In this document: positions 1 through 11,417 of the stretch, in pieces
Position numbering within the stretch: the first letter of the stretch is position 1
Layout of the letters: every line of letters starts with the position of its first letter
Notes under the pieces: generated by a model
The model's database searches: none
Seen by the model: the letters and a program-made list of their open reading frames with translations, nothing else
What the model was told of the DNA's origin: nothing
Program-made: the position numbers and the translations under genes
Origin: Elusimicrobiota bacterium
GTDB lineage: Bacteria; Elusimicrobiota; Elusimicrobia; Elusimicrobiales; UBA9959
Length of the DNA stretch: 64,000 bases
Assembly: GCA_009773155.1 (NCBI GenBank)
Contig: WOVA01000016.1
Span: 25,507 to 89,506 of the forward strand
Direction of reading: 5' to 3'

Positions 1-1
1 C

Positions 2-2098
<2,097 letters not shown>

Positions 2099-2104
2099 AC
2101 CGAC

Positions 2105-3586
2105 ATGGAAAAAATCGCGTATATAAGCGTGCACGATAAGAGCGGGATGGCCGAGTTCGCGCACGGCCTGACCGGGCTGGGCTACGAGGTGTGGTCGTCG
2201 GGTTCGACGCTCAAGCTGCTGAGGCAGGCCGAGATAGACGTGGAGGAAGTGCCGGACTCCGCGCCGCTGGCCTCCGAAGTGGTCAAGGCCCTCGCCGGCG
2301 GCCGCGCGGCCATCGAAAAGCCCTATCTTGTCGTCTGCAACCTCTACCCCATCGCCAAGATAGTCCGCCAGGACGCCTTCACGCTGGAGGAACTGCCGGA
2401 TTACCTCGACGTCTCCAATTCCGCCGTCATACGCGCGGCCGCCCGCTCTTTCCACGACACCGCCGTCGTCTGCGACCCCGCCGATTACAGCGCCGTGCTC
2501 GACGCCCTGCGCGAGTTCGGCGGGCTGCCGGAAGAGCGCCTGCGCGCGCTGGCCGCCAAGGCCTGGGGCTACTGCGCCTATTACGACGCCACCGTGGCCC
2601 AGTACCTCAGCCCGTCGGCCGCGGCCGCGCTGCCGCCCGAGCTGTCCATGGCCCTGAAGAAGGTGTGTGACCTTTCCTATGGCGAGAACCGGCATCAGAA
2701 AGCCGCTTTTTACTCGCTCAGCGGCGCGCGGCCCTGGGGGCTCAACGCGGCCACGGTGTTTCAGGGTTTCCCGCTGAACCTCAACCATTATCTCGACCTC
2801 GACTGCGCCTTCGAACTGGCCGCCGAGTTCGAGGAGCCCGCCTGCGCCGTGGTGAAGCACCGCTCGCCCTGCGCCGCGGCCTGCGCCGTCTCGCCGGCCG
2901 AAGCTTTCCGGGCCGCCTTCCGCGCGGACCCGCGCGGCGCTTTCGGCGGCACCGCGGCTTTCAACCGCCCGGTGGACGCCGAGGCCGCCCAGGCCATCTC
3001 GGGCGAGCTGGTGGAGAGCGTCATCGCGCCGGAATATTCCAAAGAAGCGCTGGAGATACTCCGGCTCAGGGAAGATCTGCGCATAACCGCCATGCCTTCG
3101 GCCCTGCTTTCCGCGGGCGAAGCCGGGGTCCACAAAATTTCGGGCGGCCTGCTGATAGAGGAGAGCGATTCGGTGACCGAGCCGCCGGCCCCCAGGATAG
3201 TGTCCAAGCGCAAGCCTTCGGCCATCGAATACACCTCGCTGTCGCTGGCCTGGCGGGCGGCCAAGCACGCGCGCACTTACGCCATCGCGCTGGCGCAGGG
3301 GCAGGCCACGGTGGCCATAGGCTCCGGCCAGCCTTCCACGCTCGACAGCTTCAGGCTGGCCGCGATGAAAGCCAAAGAGAAGCACCCGATAATAGACCCG
3401 CATGACCCCGTGGTACTGGCGGCCGACGCGCCGCTGCCGCTCAATACGCTGGCCGAGGCGCTGAACTTCGGCGTCAAGGCGGTGATGCAGCCGGGCGGCT
3501 GGGTGGAGGACGCCGCCTGCGTGGAGCTCTGCAATTCCAAAGGCGCGGCCATGGTCTTCACCGGGCTGCGCCACGTCAGGCACTGA
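2105..3586 (+). CDS. purH: Bifunctional AICAR formyltransferase / IMP cyclohydrolase
   Basis: MGS-like N-terminus (ISVHDKSG...STLKLL). The C-terminus QPGGWVEDAACVE...FTGLRHVRH matches the PurH C-terminal signature (QPGGS.RD...RHFRH). Confidence 0.94.
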   Translation: MEKIAYISVHDKSGMAEFAHGLTGLGYEVWSSGSTLKLLRQAEIDVEEVPDSAPLASEVVKALAGGRAAIEKPYLVVCNLYPIAKIVRQDAFTLEELPDYLDVSNSAVIRAAARSFHDTAVVCDPADYSAVLDALREFGGLPEERLRALAAKAWGYCAYYDATVAQYLSPSAAAALPPELSMALKKVCDLSYGENRHQKAAFYSLSGARPWGLNAATVFQGFPLNLNHYLDLDCAFELAAEFEEPACAVVKHRSPCAAACAVSPAEAFRAAFRADPRGAFGGTAAFNRPVDAEAAQAISGELVESVIAPEYSKEALEILRLREDLRITAMPSALLSAGEAGVHKISGGLLIEESDSVTEPPAPRIVSKRKPSAIEYTSLSLAWRAAKHARTYAIALAQGQATVAIGSGQPSTLDSFRLAAMKAKEKHPIIDPHDPVVLAADAPLPLNTLAEALNFGVKAVMQPGGWVEDAACVELCNSKGAAMVFTGLRHVRH

Positions 3587-3602
3587 GAGTTTACCTGGAA
3601 AT

Positions 3603-3632
3603 AAAAAGAGCCGCGGCGCCGCGGCTCTTTTT
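3603..3632. terminator. Bidirectional rho-independent terminator between convergent purH and kbl
   Basis: aaaaagagccgcgg-cg-ccgcggctcttttt: a GC-rich perfect stem flanked by an A-run and a T-run. Confidence 0.7.
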
Positions 3633-3649
3633 ATTTAAGGGGCAGGAGG

Positions 3650-4843
3650 TCAGCTTATGATCCCCAGCTCCTTGCCGCATTTGCGGAACTTTTCCACGGC
3701 GAACTCCAGGTCCTTGATCGTGTGGCCCGCCGTGACTATGGTGCGCAGGCGCTCACGCCCCTTGGGCACCGTGGGGAAGCCCAGCGGCAGGGCGAAGACG
3801 CCTTCATCGAAGAGCTTCTTTGAAAGTGCCACGGCCTTCTCCATGCTGCCTATCATCACGGGCGTTATCGGGGTCACCGACGCGCCGGTGTCGAAGCCGG
3901 CCTTCTTCATCTCTTCCTTGAAGAAGGCGGTATTGTCCCAGAGCCGCTTGAGGTACGACGGGTCATTAAGCAGTATGTCCAGCACGGCCAGGCACGAGGC
4001 CGCCACCGACGGCGGCTGCGAGCTGGAGAAAAGGAACGGCCTGGCCACGGAGCCCAGGTAATCGCGCAGGTCCCGCGTGGTGGCCGCGTAGCCGCCGACG
4101 GCCGCGAAGGCCTTGGACAGCGTGCCGATCTGTATCTCGACCTTGCCGTCGAGGCCGAAGTGGCTGACCGTGCCGCGGCCTTCCCTGCCTATGACGCCGC
4201 TGGCGTGCGCGTCGTCCACCATTACGAAGGCGCCGTAGCGGCGGCAGACGTCCACCACCTCGTCGAGGTTGGCGACGTCGCCGTCCATGGAGAAGACGCC
4301 GTCGGTCACCACCATCTTGCGCCGGGCCTTGCGGGCCTCGGGGGATTCGAGTATTTCGGTAAGGTGCTTTATGTCCTTGTGCCGGTAGATCCTGCGGGGG
4401 GACCTGGCCAGCCGCGCGCCGTCTATGATGGAGGCGTGGTTGAGCTCGTCGGAGATGAGCAGGTCCTGGTCGGTGGACATCAGCGACTGGCAGACGGCCA
4501 CGTTGGAGGTGAAGCCGCTCTGGAACAGTATCGAGGCCTCGGAGTGCTTGAACGCGGCGAATTTCTCCTCGAGTTCCTTGTGGATCGACATCGTGCCGAT
4601 TATGGTGCGCACGGCGGCCGAGCCCACGCCGTATTTCTCTATGGCCTCTATGGCGGCCTTCTTGACCTTGGGGTCGTTGGCCAGCGCGAGGTAGTTGTTG
4701 GAGGTCAGGTTGACGACTTTCTTGCCGTCGATGACCGAGACCGGCTCCTGGGCCGATTCCAGCACGCGCGGCCGCAGTAAGCGGCCTTCCTTCCGGAGCG
4801 CCTCCACTTCCTCCCCGGCGAATTTGAGAGTCTCGAAACCCAT
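3650..4843 (-). CDS. kbl: Glycine C-acetyltransferase (2-amino-3-ketobutyrate CoA ligase)
   Basis: Alpha-oxoamine synthase family with PLP-lysine motif GTLSKA. It lies directly downstream of tdh. Start chosen at ATG 4843 (MGFETL) because AAGGAGG lies a few nt upstream; the ORF track start at 4861 is less likely. Confidence 0.9.
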   Translation of the reverse strand: MGFETLKFAGEEVEALRKEGRLLRPRVLESAQEPVSVIDGKKVVNLTSNNYLALANDPKVKKAAIEAIEKYGVGSAAVRTIIGTMSIHKELEEKFAAFKHSEASILFQSGFTSNVAVCQSLMSTDQDLLISDELNHASIIDGARLARSPRRIYRHKDIKHLTEILESPEARKARRKMVVTDGVFSMDGDVANLDEVVDVCRRYGAFVMVDDAHASGVIGREGRGTVSHFGLDGKVEIQIGTLSKAFAAVGGYAATTRDLRDYLGSVARPFLFSSSQPPSVAASCLAVLDILLNDPSYLKRLWDNTAFFKEEMKKAGFDTGASVTPITPVMIGSMEKAVALSKKLFDEGVFALPLGFPTVPKGRERLRTIVTAGHTIKDLEFAVEKFRKCGKELGIIS

Positions 4844-4873
4844 CGTTCCCTCCTTAAGCATAGCGTCCTCCGG

Positions 4874-5914
4874 CTACGGTTTGAGTATGACCTTCCCGCA
4901 TTTCTTCCCGCGGGAGGTTATCAGCGTGAAAGCCTTGCGGTAATCGGCGAAAGGCAGAGTGTGCGTCACGGCGGGGCGTATGTCCACGGCGCCCGACTTG
5001 AGCAGGTTCTCCATGCGGTACCAGGTGGCGAAGATCTCGCGGCCCGAGATGCCGTAGAGGCGGGCCCCCTTGAAGGCCAGTCCGCCGGCGTAGTCCAGCG
5101 AGGGGTTGGTTTCGGGGATCCCGAAGGCGGTGAACCGCCCGCCGGGTCTGAGCGCCTTGAGGCCCAGGTCTATGGCGCGGTGCTCGCCCGACATCTCCAG
5201 TACCGCGTCCACGCCGCCGCGTCCGCCGGCCGCTTTGAGGACCTTCTCAAGGGCGCCTTTGGCGCCGGGATCAATTATCGTGTCGGCGCCCATCTTTTTC
5301 GCCAGCGTCCTGCGGTAGGCCGAGCCCTCCAGCGCTATGACGGGCTTGGCCCCGCTGGCCTTGGCTATCGCTATGGCGAAGAGGCCCTGGGGGCCGCAGC
5401 CCGTAACCAGCGCGGACCGGCCCACCACGTCCTCCACCTGCACGGCGTGCACGGCGTTGCCGAAAGGCTCCAGCAGGGCGCCCAGTTCTTTAAGGCTCTC
5501 GTCGTTATGCTTCCAGGCGCAGCGCGCGGGCAGGCGGGCGTACTCGGCCAGCCCCCCGTCCAGGTCCAGGCCGAGTATCTTCAGGTTGGAACAGACATGG
5601 CGCTGGTCGTTGCGGCACTGGTAGCACTGGCCGCAGAAAATATGGGATTCGGCGGAGACGAAGTCGCCTTTTCCGAAGCCTTTGGCGAGCTCGCCTATCT
5701 CCACCACCTCGCCGCAGAACTCGCGGCCGAGCACGCGGGGGAGCTTCATGCGGCCCTTTATCCAGCCTTTCCAGGACCAGGCCGCTAGGTCGGCCGGCGA
5801 GATGGAGGCGCTGTGCACGCGCACCAGAAGTTCGTCGGGGGCTATCCGCGGTAGCGGTACCTGCGCGAGCCTGGCGCCGGCGGAGGGGGAGGTTTTGACT
5901 ATGGCTTTCATCAT
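4874..5914 (-). CDS. tdh: L-threonine 3-dehydrogenase (Zn-dependent MDR family)
   Basis: Zn-ADH fold motifs (GREFCGEV, CGQCYQCRN, GCGPQG). Forms the classical tdh-kbl operon pair. Confidence 0.88.
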   Translation of the reverse strand: MMKAIVKTSPSAGARLAQVPLPRIAPDELLVRVHSASISPADLAAWSWKGWIKGRMKLPRVLGREFCGEVVEIGELAKGFGKGDFVSAESHIFCGQCYQCRNDQRHVCSNLKILGLDLDGGLAEYARLPARCAWKHNDESLKELGALLEPFGNAVHAVQVEDVVGRSALVTGCGPQGLFAIAIAKASGAKPVIALEGSAYRRTLAKKMGADTIIDPGAKGALEKVLKAAGGRGGVDAVLEMSGEHRAIDLGLKALRPGGRFTAFGIPETNPSLDYAGGLAFKGARLYGISGREIFATWYRMENLLKSGAVDIRPAVTHTLPFADYRKAFTLITSRGKKCGKVILKP

Positions 5915-6012
5915 CTCGGGATCTCCTTGGAAAAATCGCGGCCGCTTACCCCAATTCTACAAAATAAAAAATGTTTTCACGGGCCGGATTTTTTGGTACA
6001 TTATAAGCGGAT

Positions 6013-6417
6013 ATGGAGACCGCGGAAAGAACGAATGAAACGACTCGCTCCAGGGCCTCGGTGGACAGGCTTTTCCTGCTGCCCAAGAACCCCTCGGAGA
6101 TGTTCGCCTGCTGGCAGTGGACGGCGGCGAAGATAGAGCTTTTCTCCTCCGGTTTCTTCGCTCCCGAAGTGACGGTGGCCGTCCTGCGTCAGCCCGGAGG
6201 CGAGGCGATCGGCGAGTACCGCTGCCGCTGGGACGCGCAGCGGCTCTATGTTTCCGTACCCGCGGGCGGCGGCTCTTTTCTGGTAGAACTGCGCGCCGAC
6301 ACCGCCGAGGGCCGCCGCGAGCTGCTGCTGACCAGCGAGCCGGCTTCTTCGCCGGCCGGAACGGCGCCCTGTTCCCCGTCCTCCACCAGCGGCGAGTTCT
6401 ACAGGAAGAGCGTATGA
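6013..6417 (+). CDS. Small DUF4912-like protein preceding the GH57 gene
   Basis: The motif DRLFLLPKNPSEMFACWQW resembles the DUF4912 N-terminal signature as I recall it. Its stop overlaps the GH57 start (ATGA at 6414-6417). Confidence 0.5.
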   Translation: METAERTNETTRSRASVDRLFLLPKNPSEMFACWQWTAAKIELFSSGFFAPEVTVAVLRQPGGEAIGEYRCRWDAQRLYVSVPAGGGSFLVELRADTAEGRRELLLTSEPASSPAGTAPCSPSSTSGEFYRKSV

Positions 6418-8012
6418 GCGCCAAAGGCTCCCTCATACTGGTCCTTCACGCGCACCTGCCTTACGTGAACCATCCCTCCAGCCCCGATTTTCTGGAGGAG
6501 AGCTGGTTCTTCGAGGGCGTGGTCGAGACCTACATCCCCATTATAACGATGCTGGAGAATCTGGCAAAAGACGGGATAAAGGCCGGCCTTACCATTTCCA
6601 TTTCTCCCACGCTGGGCGCGATGCTGGAGAACGAGAGCCTCGAAGGCAAGCTCATCGCCTACGTGGATTCGCGCCTCGCCCTGCTCGAGAAGGAAGCCGA
6701 GCGGGCCGGCGACCAGGAGCCCCTGGCCAGAACCGTGCGCCTCTACCAGCGCGTCTACGAGCAGGCCGCCGAGCTGCTGCACCGCTACAGCGGCGACATC
6801 ATAACGCCGCTCAAGCAGTTCCAGGCCGCCGGGCAGATAGAGATCATCACCACTTCCGCCACGCACGCCGTGCTGCCGCTGCTGTCGCGCCCCGAGGCCC
6901 TGCGCGCGCAGATCGCCGTGGCGGCCGAGGACTACGAGGACCGCTTCAACCGCAAGTCCTCCGGCTTCTGGCTGCCGGAATGCGCCTACGACAAGAGGCT
7001 GCAGACCTATCTCAAGCTCTCCGGCTTTAATTTCGTCTTCCTGGAATCGCACGGCGTGCAGTTCGGCTCGCCGCCTGCGCCGAGCGGCGTCTATTCTCCC
7101 TACCGCACGCCCAACGGGTTATCGGTGTTAGGGCGCGACTGCGAGTCGTCGAAAGAGGTCTGGAGCGCGCGTTACGGCTACCCCGGCGACCCGGCCTACC
7201 GCGAGTTCTACCGCGACGTAGGCTACGACGGCGACGAGGAGTATCTCAGGCCCTGGCTGGCCGGCCAGCGGCGGCCCCTGGGCCTCAAGTACCACCGCAT
7301 CACCGGTTCGGTGGACCTGGCGAAGAAGGAACTTTACGACCCCGACGCCGCGCTGGAGCGCGTCGAGGCGCACGCGGCCGATTTCCTGGCCAAGAGGCTG
7401 GCGCAGGTGGAGGCCATCGCCGCGAGCGGCGTGGCCAGGCCCGTGATAACCGGCTGCTACGACGCGGAGCTTTTCGGCCACTGGTGGTTCGAGGGCCCGG
7501 CTTTCCTGGAGTCGGTGATCCGCCGCATCAGGCAGGACCGCCTGCCCGTGCAGCTGGTGACGCCCACGGAGTATCTCAATTCCTGCCAGGAGCCGCCGGA
7601 GCTGGAGCCCGAGCTCTCGTCCTGGGGAGAGAACGGCTATTTCGACCCCTGGCTGAACCAGTCCAACGATTCCATCTACGCGCCGATACTGGGCGCGACG
7701 GAGCGCATGGTGGAGATGGCCAACCGCTTCCGCAGCCACGACCTGACGCACGTGTCCAGCCGGGCGCTGAATCAGGCGGCGCGCGAGGTGCTGCTGTCCC
7801 AGTCCTCGGACTGGCCGTTCCTGCTCTACATCAATTCCCACTCCAAGTACGCGGGCGACCGCGTGCGAGGGCACTGCCGCAACGCCGAGGAGCTGCTGTC
7901 GCAGGTCCTCGAAAAGCGCGTGGACGAGCGGGCCCTCGGCGCGCTCGAACGCGACCACTCCCTCTTCCCTCGCCTCGACTTCCGCATCTTCTCCTCCGCC
8001 TCCGAGTTCTAA
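6414..8012 (+). CDS. Glycoside hydrolase family 57 1,4-alpha-glucan branching enzyme-like protein
   Basis: The N-terminus LILVLHAHLPYVNHP is typical of GH57 branching enzymes. The ORF-track extension 6117..6413 is Arg-rich junk that overlaps the previous gene. Confidence 0.85.
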   Translation: MSAKGSLILVLHAHLPYVNHPSSPDFLEESWFFEGVVETYIPIITMLENLAKDGIKAGLTISISPTLGAMLENESLEGKLIAYVDSRLALLEKEAERAGDQEPLARTVRLYQRVYEQAAELLHRYSGDIITPLKQFQAAGQIEIITTSATHAVLPLLSRPEALRAQIAVAAEDYEDRFNRKSSGFWLPECAYDKRLQTYLKLSGFNFVFLESHGVQFGSPPAPSGVYSPYRTPNGLSVLGRDCESSKEVWSARYGYPGDPAYREFYRDVGYDGDEEYLRPWLAGQRRPLGLKYHRITGSVDLAKKELYDPDAALERVEAHAADFLAKRLAQVEAIAASGVARPVITGCYDAELFGHWWFEGPAFLESVIRRIRQDRLPVQLVTPTEYLNSCQEPPELEPELSSWGENGYFDPWLNQSNDSIYAPILGATERMVEMANRFRSHDLTHVSSRALNQAAREVLLSQSSDWPFLLYINSHSKYAGDRVRGHCRNAEELLSQVLEKRVDERALGALERDHSLFPRLDFRIFSSASEF

Positions 8013-8926
8013 AGCTTGAAGGGGCGGCCGGAGACGGTCTCCCAGGCCTTGCGGAAATCGTCTGGGACGGGGCAGACTATCTTAGTCGGCCGGCCCGTGG
8101 AGGGATGGGGGAACTGGAGGCGCAGGGCGTGCAGCAGCATGCGCGCCGCCGGCGGGCCGCCGTAGATAGCGTCGCCGATGATCGGGTGCCCGGCGTGGGA
8201 GATGTGGACGCGTATCTGGTTGGTGCGGCCCGTCTCGGGGCGGATGTCCACCAGGCAGGCCTTGCCCGCGCGCTCGAGCACCTTGAAATTAGTGACCGCG
8301 TCGCGCCCGTACTCCCAGACCTTTATCTTGCGCGACCCCGTCGGCCTGCCCATCGGCGCGTCCATCGTCCAGGCGTCGGACTCCGGGTCGCCCGCGGCCG
8401 CGCCTATGTAGAGCTTGCTTATCTCCCTGTCGCGGAAGGCCCCCGAGAAATATTCGGCCGCCGCCGCGGTCCTGGCTATGAGGATCAGGCCGCTGGTCTC
8501 GCGGTCCAGCCGGTGCACCAGGCCGAACCTGGGAACCGACGCCAGCTCCGGTCTTTCCTTCGCCAGTATGGAGATGAGCGTTTCCTCCCCCAGCAGCGCG
8601 GCGCGCGGGTCGCGCTCCCAGTTTGAGTCGGTAGGGTGGACGCAGAGGCCCGCCGGCTTATCGATGGCCATTATGCCGGCGTCCTCGCTGATCAGCATGC
8701 CGGGCAGCCGGGCCGGGGTTTCCTTTCCCTCGCCAGGCATGGAAATGGTGACCTCGTCGCCGGTCTTGAGCGGCGCCGCCGGCTTGACGGCGCGGCCGTT
8801 GACCCTGACCAGCCCCTCGGAGATCAGGCGCTTCACGAATTCCCGGGAAAGATCCTGCTCCTGGGTTTTGACGAACAGGTCCAGCCTGGTTCCCGCTCCC
8901 GAATAGACGAGTTTTTTATTTTCCAT
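8009..8926 (-). CDS. rluD: RluA-family 23S rRNA pseudouridine synthase (RluD-like)
   Basis: N-terminal S4 domain (RLDLFV...VRVNG) and catalytic motif GLVHRLDRETSGLILIA. Confidence 0.82.
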   Translation of the reverse strand: MENKKLVYSGAGTRLDLFVKTQEQDLSREFVKRLISEGLVRVNGRAVKPAAPLKTGDEVTISMPGEGKETPARLPGMLISEDAGIMAIDKPAGLCVHPTDSNWERDPRAALLGEETLISILAKERPELASVPRFGLVHRLDRETSGLILIARTAAAAEYFSGAFRDREISKLYIGAAAGDPESDAWTMDAPMGRPTGSRKIKVWEYGRDAVTNFKVLERAGKACLVDIRPETGRTNQIRVHISHAGHPIIGDAIYGGPPAARMLLHALRLQFPHPSTGRPTKIVCPVPDDFRKAWETVSGRPFKL

Positions 8927-9707
8927 CTTTGTTTCTCCGCGCCGAAAATGCCAGCCAGGCCGCCGCGGCGGCTGCCGCGGCCAGCGATATCAGCTGGGCC
9001 TGAGACAGGCCGGCCAGCGGGCCGCCTCTGTCGTCGCCGCGCAGGAACTCGAGCGAGAACCTGAGCATCGAATATAGCAGAACGTAGAGCGCCGTCAAGG
9101 AGCCCGCGCGCGGCGCCGTCTTTCGCCGCCAGGCGAAATGAAGGAGCCCGAAGATAATGAAGTTGCCGAGCGACTCATAGAGCTGCACCGGGTGCAGCGG
9201 CACGCCGAGCAGCGAGGGCTCCACCAGGCACAGCGGGTCGGTGAAGGCCAGGCCGGGCGCGCCGCCGGCCGGCGCGCCGTGGCAGCAGCCGGCCATCAGG
9301 CAGCCGAGCCGGCCGAAGCCGTGCGCCAGCGCCAGGGCCGGGGCGGCGAAATCGGCCGCGGCCGCGAAAGCCGCTTTATGTCTGCGAGCCCAGTACCAGA
9401 GCGCCGCGGCGCCGCCGGCCAGGCCGCCGTAAAAGACGAAGCCGTACTGCAGGCTCTTCAGCGCGTCCAGGACGCCGTCCCGGCCGCCGCCGAAAGAGTC
9501 CCAAAAAGTGACAATGAAAAGCAGCTTGCCGCCGAGCAGGCCGCCCAGCAGCGCGAAGAAGGAGAGGTCCGATACGCTTTCTTTGGACGCGCCTATCCTG
9601 CCGCGAACGGAGAGCAGGTAGAGGTAGGCCGCCAGGTAGCCGGTCATGGCCAGCAGGCCGTAAGCGGGAAGTTTGAAGAAGCCGAGATCGAGTATATACG
9701 GGTGCAT
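8916..9707 (-). CDS. lgt: Prolipoprotein diacylglyceryl transferase
   Basis: Multi-TM protein with the Lgt signature HPVQLYESLGNF and the GRLGC motif. Confidence 0.9.
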   Translation of the reverse strand: MHPYILDLGFFKLPAYGLLAMTGYLAAYLYLLSVRGRIGASKESVSDLSFFALLGGLLGGKLLFIVTFWDSFGGGRDGVLDALKSLQYGFVFYGGLAGGAAALWYWARRHKAAFAAAADFAAPALALAHGFGRLGCLMAGCCHGAPAGGAPGLAFTDPLCLVEPSLLGVPLHPVQLYESLGNFIIFGLLHFAWRRKTAPRAGSLTALYVLLYSMLRFSLEFLRGDDRGGPLAGLSQAQLISLAAAAAAAAWLAFSARRNKDGK

Positions 9708-9724
9708 GAACTTGAATTTTCCTG

Positions 9725-10354
9725 TCAGGAATTCTTCTTTATGAAAGCCGCGGCGTCGCGCAGGTCGCGGAGGGGGGAGAACTTTATCCCCTTCGCGCGG
9801 CAGAGGCCGCGCAGCCTCCCCGCGGCGTAGACCTTGTCCGCCAGCCCGGCCGCGCGCAGGTCGCTGGGCGCGTCGCCGCAGAAGAGCACGGCGAAGCCGC
9901 GGTCACGGTAATGCTTCACCCTGTCGGCCTTGAAAGACGGAAGGGTCTTTCCGGCCAGGTCCTCGTAACGCAACTCCCAGCAGCCGCCGTTCCCGCGGGT
10001 CCTGCCGAAAGAGGAGCGCGCCTTCACTCCCCAGGCCTTGAGCAGCGGCCGCGCGTAGATATCGGCGCCGCCGCTGACTATGTCGAAAGGGACGCGCCTG
10101 TCGGCGCAGAACCGTGAGAAGGCCGTCAGGCCGCGCCGCGGCTCGATCGAGCGCCCGATGAAGAGTTCTATCTCCGCCCGCGAGGCTTTCAGCCTGGCGA
10201 AGCCGCGAGCCATCCATTTTTCCACCGACTGTCCCGGCGCGTAGGAGCGTTCGATGTCCGCCGCCGTGAAGACGCCGAACTCCATCAGTATCGCGTCCCC
10301 CACGTCGGAGAGCGTCAGCGTCCCGTCGAAATCGGAGACCACGGCCCATTTCAT
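9725..10354 (-). CDS. HAD-IB family phosphatase (MtnX-like)
   Basis: HAD motif I (VVSDFDGTLT) and a C-terminal GD.PSD motif (FCGDAPSD). Confidence 0.7.
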   Translation of the reverse strand: MKWAVVSDFDGTLTLSDVGDAILMEFGVFTAADIERSYAPGQSVEKWMARGFARLKASRAEIELFIGRSIEPRRGLTAFSRFCADRRVPFDIVSGGADIYARPLLKAWGVKARSSFGRTRGNGGCWELRYEDLAGKTLPSFKADRVKHYRDRGFAVLFCGDAPSDLRAAGLADKVYAAGRLRGLCRAKGIKFSPLRDLRDAAAFIKKNS

Positions 10355-10365
10355 TCTTAAAGCCT

Positions 10366-10998
10366 TTATAGCGCCGCCGAGAGAAAAGCGTCGCCGCCCT
10401 TGGCGGCCAGCTTGATATAGATGTTGTGCAGCTTCTGCGCCCTTATTGTGGTGGTGGAGCCGTTATAGGCGTGCCCGGGCCAGACGACCGTGTCTTCGGG
10501 CAGGGCGGCCAGTTTCAGCAGGCTCTGGCGCATCTGCTCCGGGTCGGCGCCGGGCAGGTCCACGCGGCCTATCTCTCCCACGAAAAGCGTGTCGCCGGTG
10601 AAGACGGCGCCCGGGCCCAGGAAGGAGCAGGAGCCGGGCGTATGCCCCGGCGTGTGGATCACCTTGAGCTTGAGCGCGCCCGCCTCCAGCGCTTCGCCGT
10701 CGGCCACCGGCAGCAGGCGGGACTTGTCCAGCGCCCCGGCCATATGATCGTCGGCCGGGTGCAGCGCCGCCTGCAGGCCCTCGTAACGCTCCAGGAACCA
10801 GGCCGCCGCGTTGATATGGTCGGGATGACCGTGAGTCAGAACGATGAGCGCCGGCTTGAGGCCAAGGGCGAGCAGCTCTTTCTCTATCTTCGCCCCTTCC
10901 CAGCACGGGTCTATGACGGCGCAGTCGGGCCCGTCGCCCGCCCAGGCCAGGTAGCAGAAATTATCCATCGGACCTGCGCCGATCTGCTTCACGTTCAT
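10366..10998 (-). CDS. MBL-fold metallo-hydrolase (hydroxyacylglutathione hydrolase-like)
   Basis: THGHPDH metal-binding motif. Start set at MNVKQIG (ATG 10998), which overlaps the ftsB stop as ATGA. The longer ORF-track N-terminus runs across ftsB and the palindrome repeats. Confidence 0.8.
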   Translation of the reverse strand: MNVKQIGAGPMDNFCYLAWAGDGPDCAVIDPCWEGAKIEKELLALGLKPALIVLTHGHPDHINAAAWFLERYEGLQAALHPADDHMAGALDKSRLLPVADGEALEAGALKLKVIHTPGHTPGSCSFLGPGAVFTGDTLFVGEIGRVDLPGADPEQMRQSLLKLAALPEDTVVWPGHAYNGSTTTIRAQKLHNIYIKLAAKGGDAFLSAAL

Positions 10999-11300
10999 TG
11001 GTCCCTCTCTTTCTCGGAAGGCGGCGGGAAGCGGAACTCTATCTCCCCTTCCTTGAGCATTCCCAGTTCCCTGCGCGCGTTGTACTCCACGCTCTCGGTC
11101 CTGGCGGTCTCCGCCGCGGAACTTTTCAGCTCCGCGCTTTCGGTCTTGAGCTCGGCCAGGCGCCGCTTCATCTTGAAGACCTCCAGCTTGTTGGAGACAA
11201 GGGAGCGGAAACCCGGATTGGCCAGCAGCAGGACGGCCGCGGCCAGCGCAAGCAGCGTCAGCCCCGTCCTCCTGGTGATAACGGCGTCTTTTTGTTTCAT
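10995..11300 (-). CDS. ftsB: Septum formation initiator (FtsB/DivIC family)
   Basis: About 100 aa with an N-terminal TM (LTLLALAAAVLLL) followed by a coiled coil (KLEVFKMKRRLAELKTESAELK). Lies downstream of eno, as in many bacteria. Start at MKQKD (11300). Confidence 0.65.
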   Translation of the reverse strand: MKQKDAVITRRTGLTLLALAAAVLLLANPGFRSLVSNKLEVFKMKRRLAELKTESAELKSSAAETARTESVEYNARRELGMLKEGEIEFRFPPPSEKERDQ

Positions 11301-11335
11301 CCCGGAAAATAGAGGGGGCGGCCGGAGGCGGTACC

Positions 11336-11398
11336 GGGACACCATGCCGCATGGTGTCCCCCGCTGATACACCATGCCGCATGGTGTCCCCCGCTGAT
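11336..11398. repeat. GGGACACCATGCCGCATGGTGTCCC palindrome, tandem pair (30-nt unit x2)
   Basis: The unit acaccatgccgcatggtgtcccccgctgat occurs at 11339-11368 and again at 11369-11398, in the eno-ftsB spacer. Confidence 0.9.
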
Positions 11399-11417
11399 GG
11401 CCGCCCCGTGGCGGACT

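Noticed and set aside
6117-6413. N-terminal extension of the GH57 ORF, and similar extensions at 10999..11526, 14239..14382, 20405..20488, 29535..29681 and 57445..58029.
   Set aside because: The extensions overlap neighbouring genes or palindromic repeats. They are Arg/Pro-rich and precede an internal Met with a conserved family N-terminus and/or an RBS or ATGA coupling.
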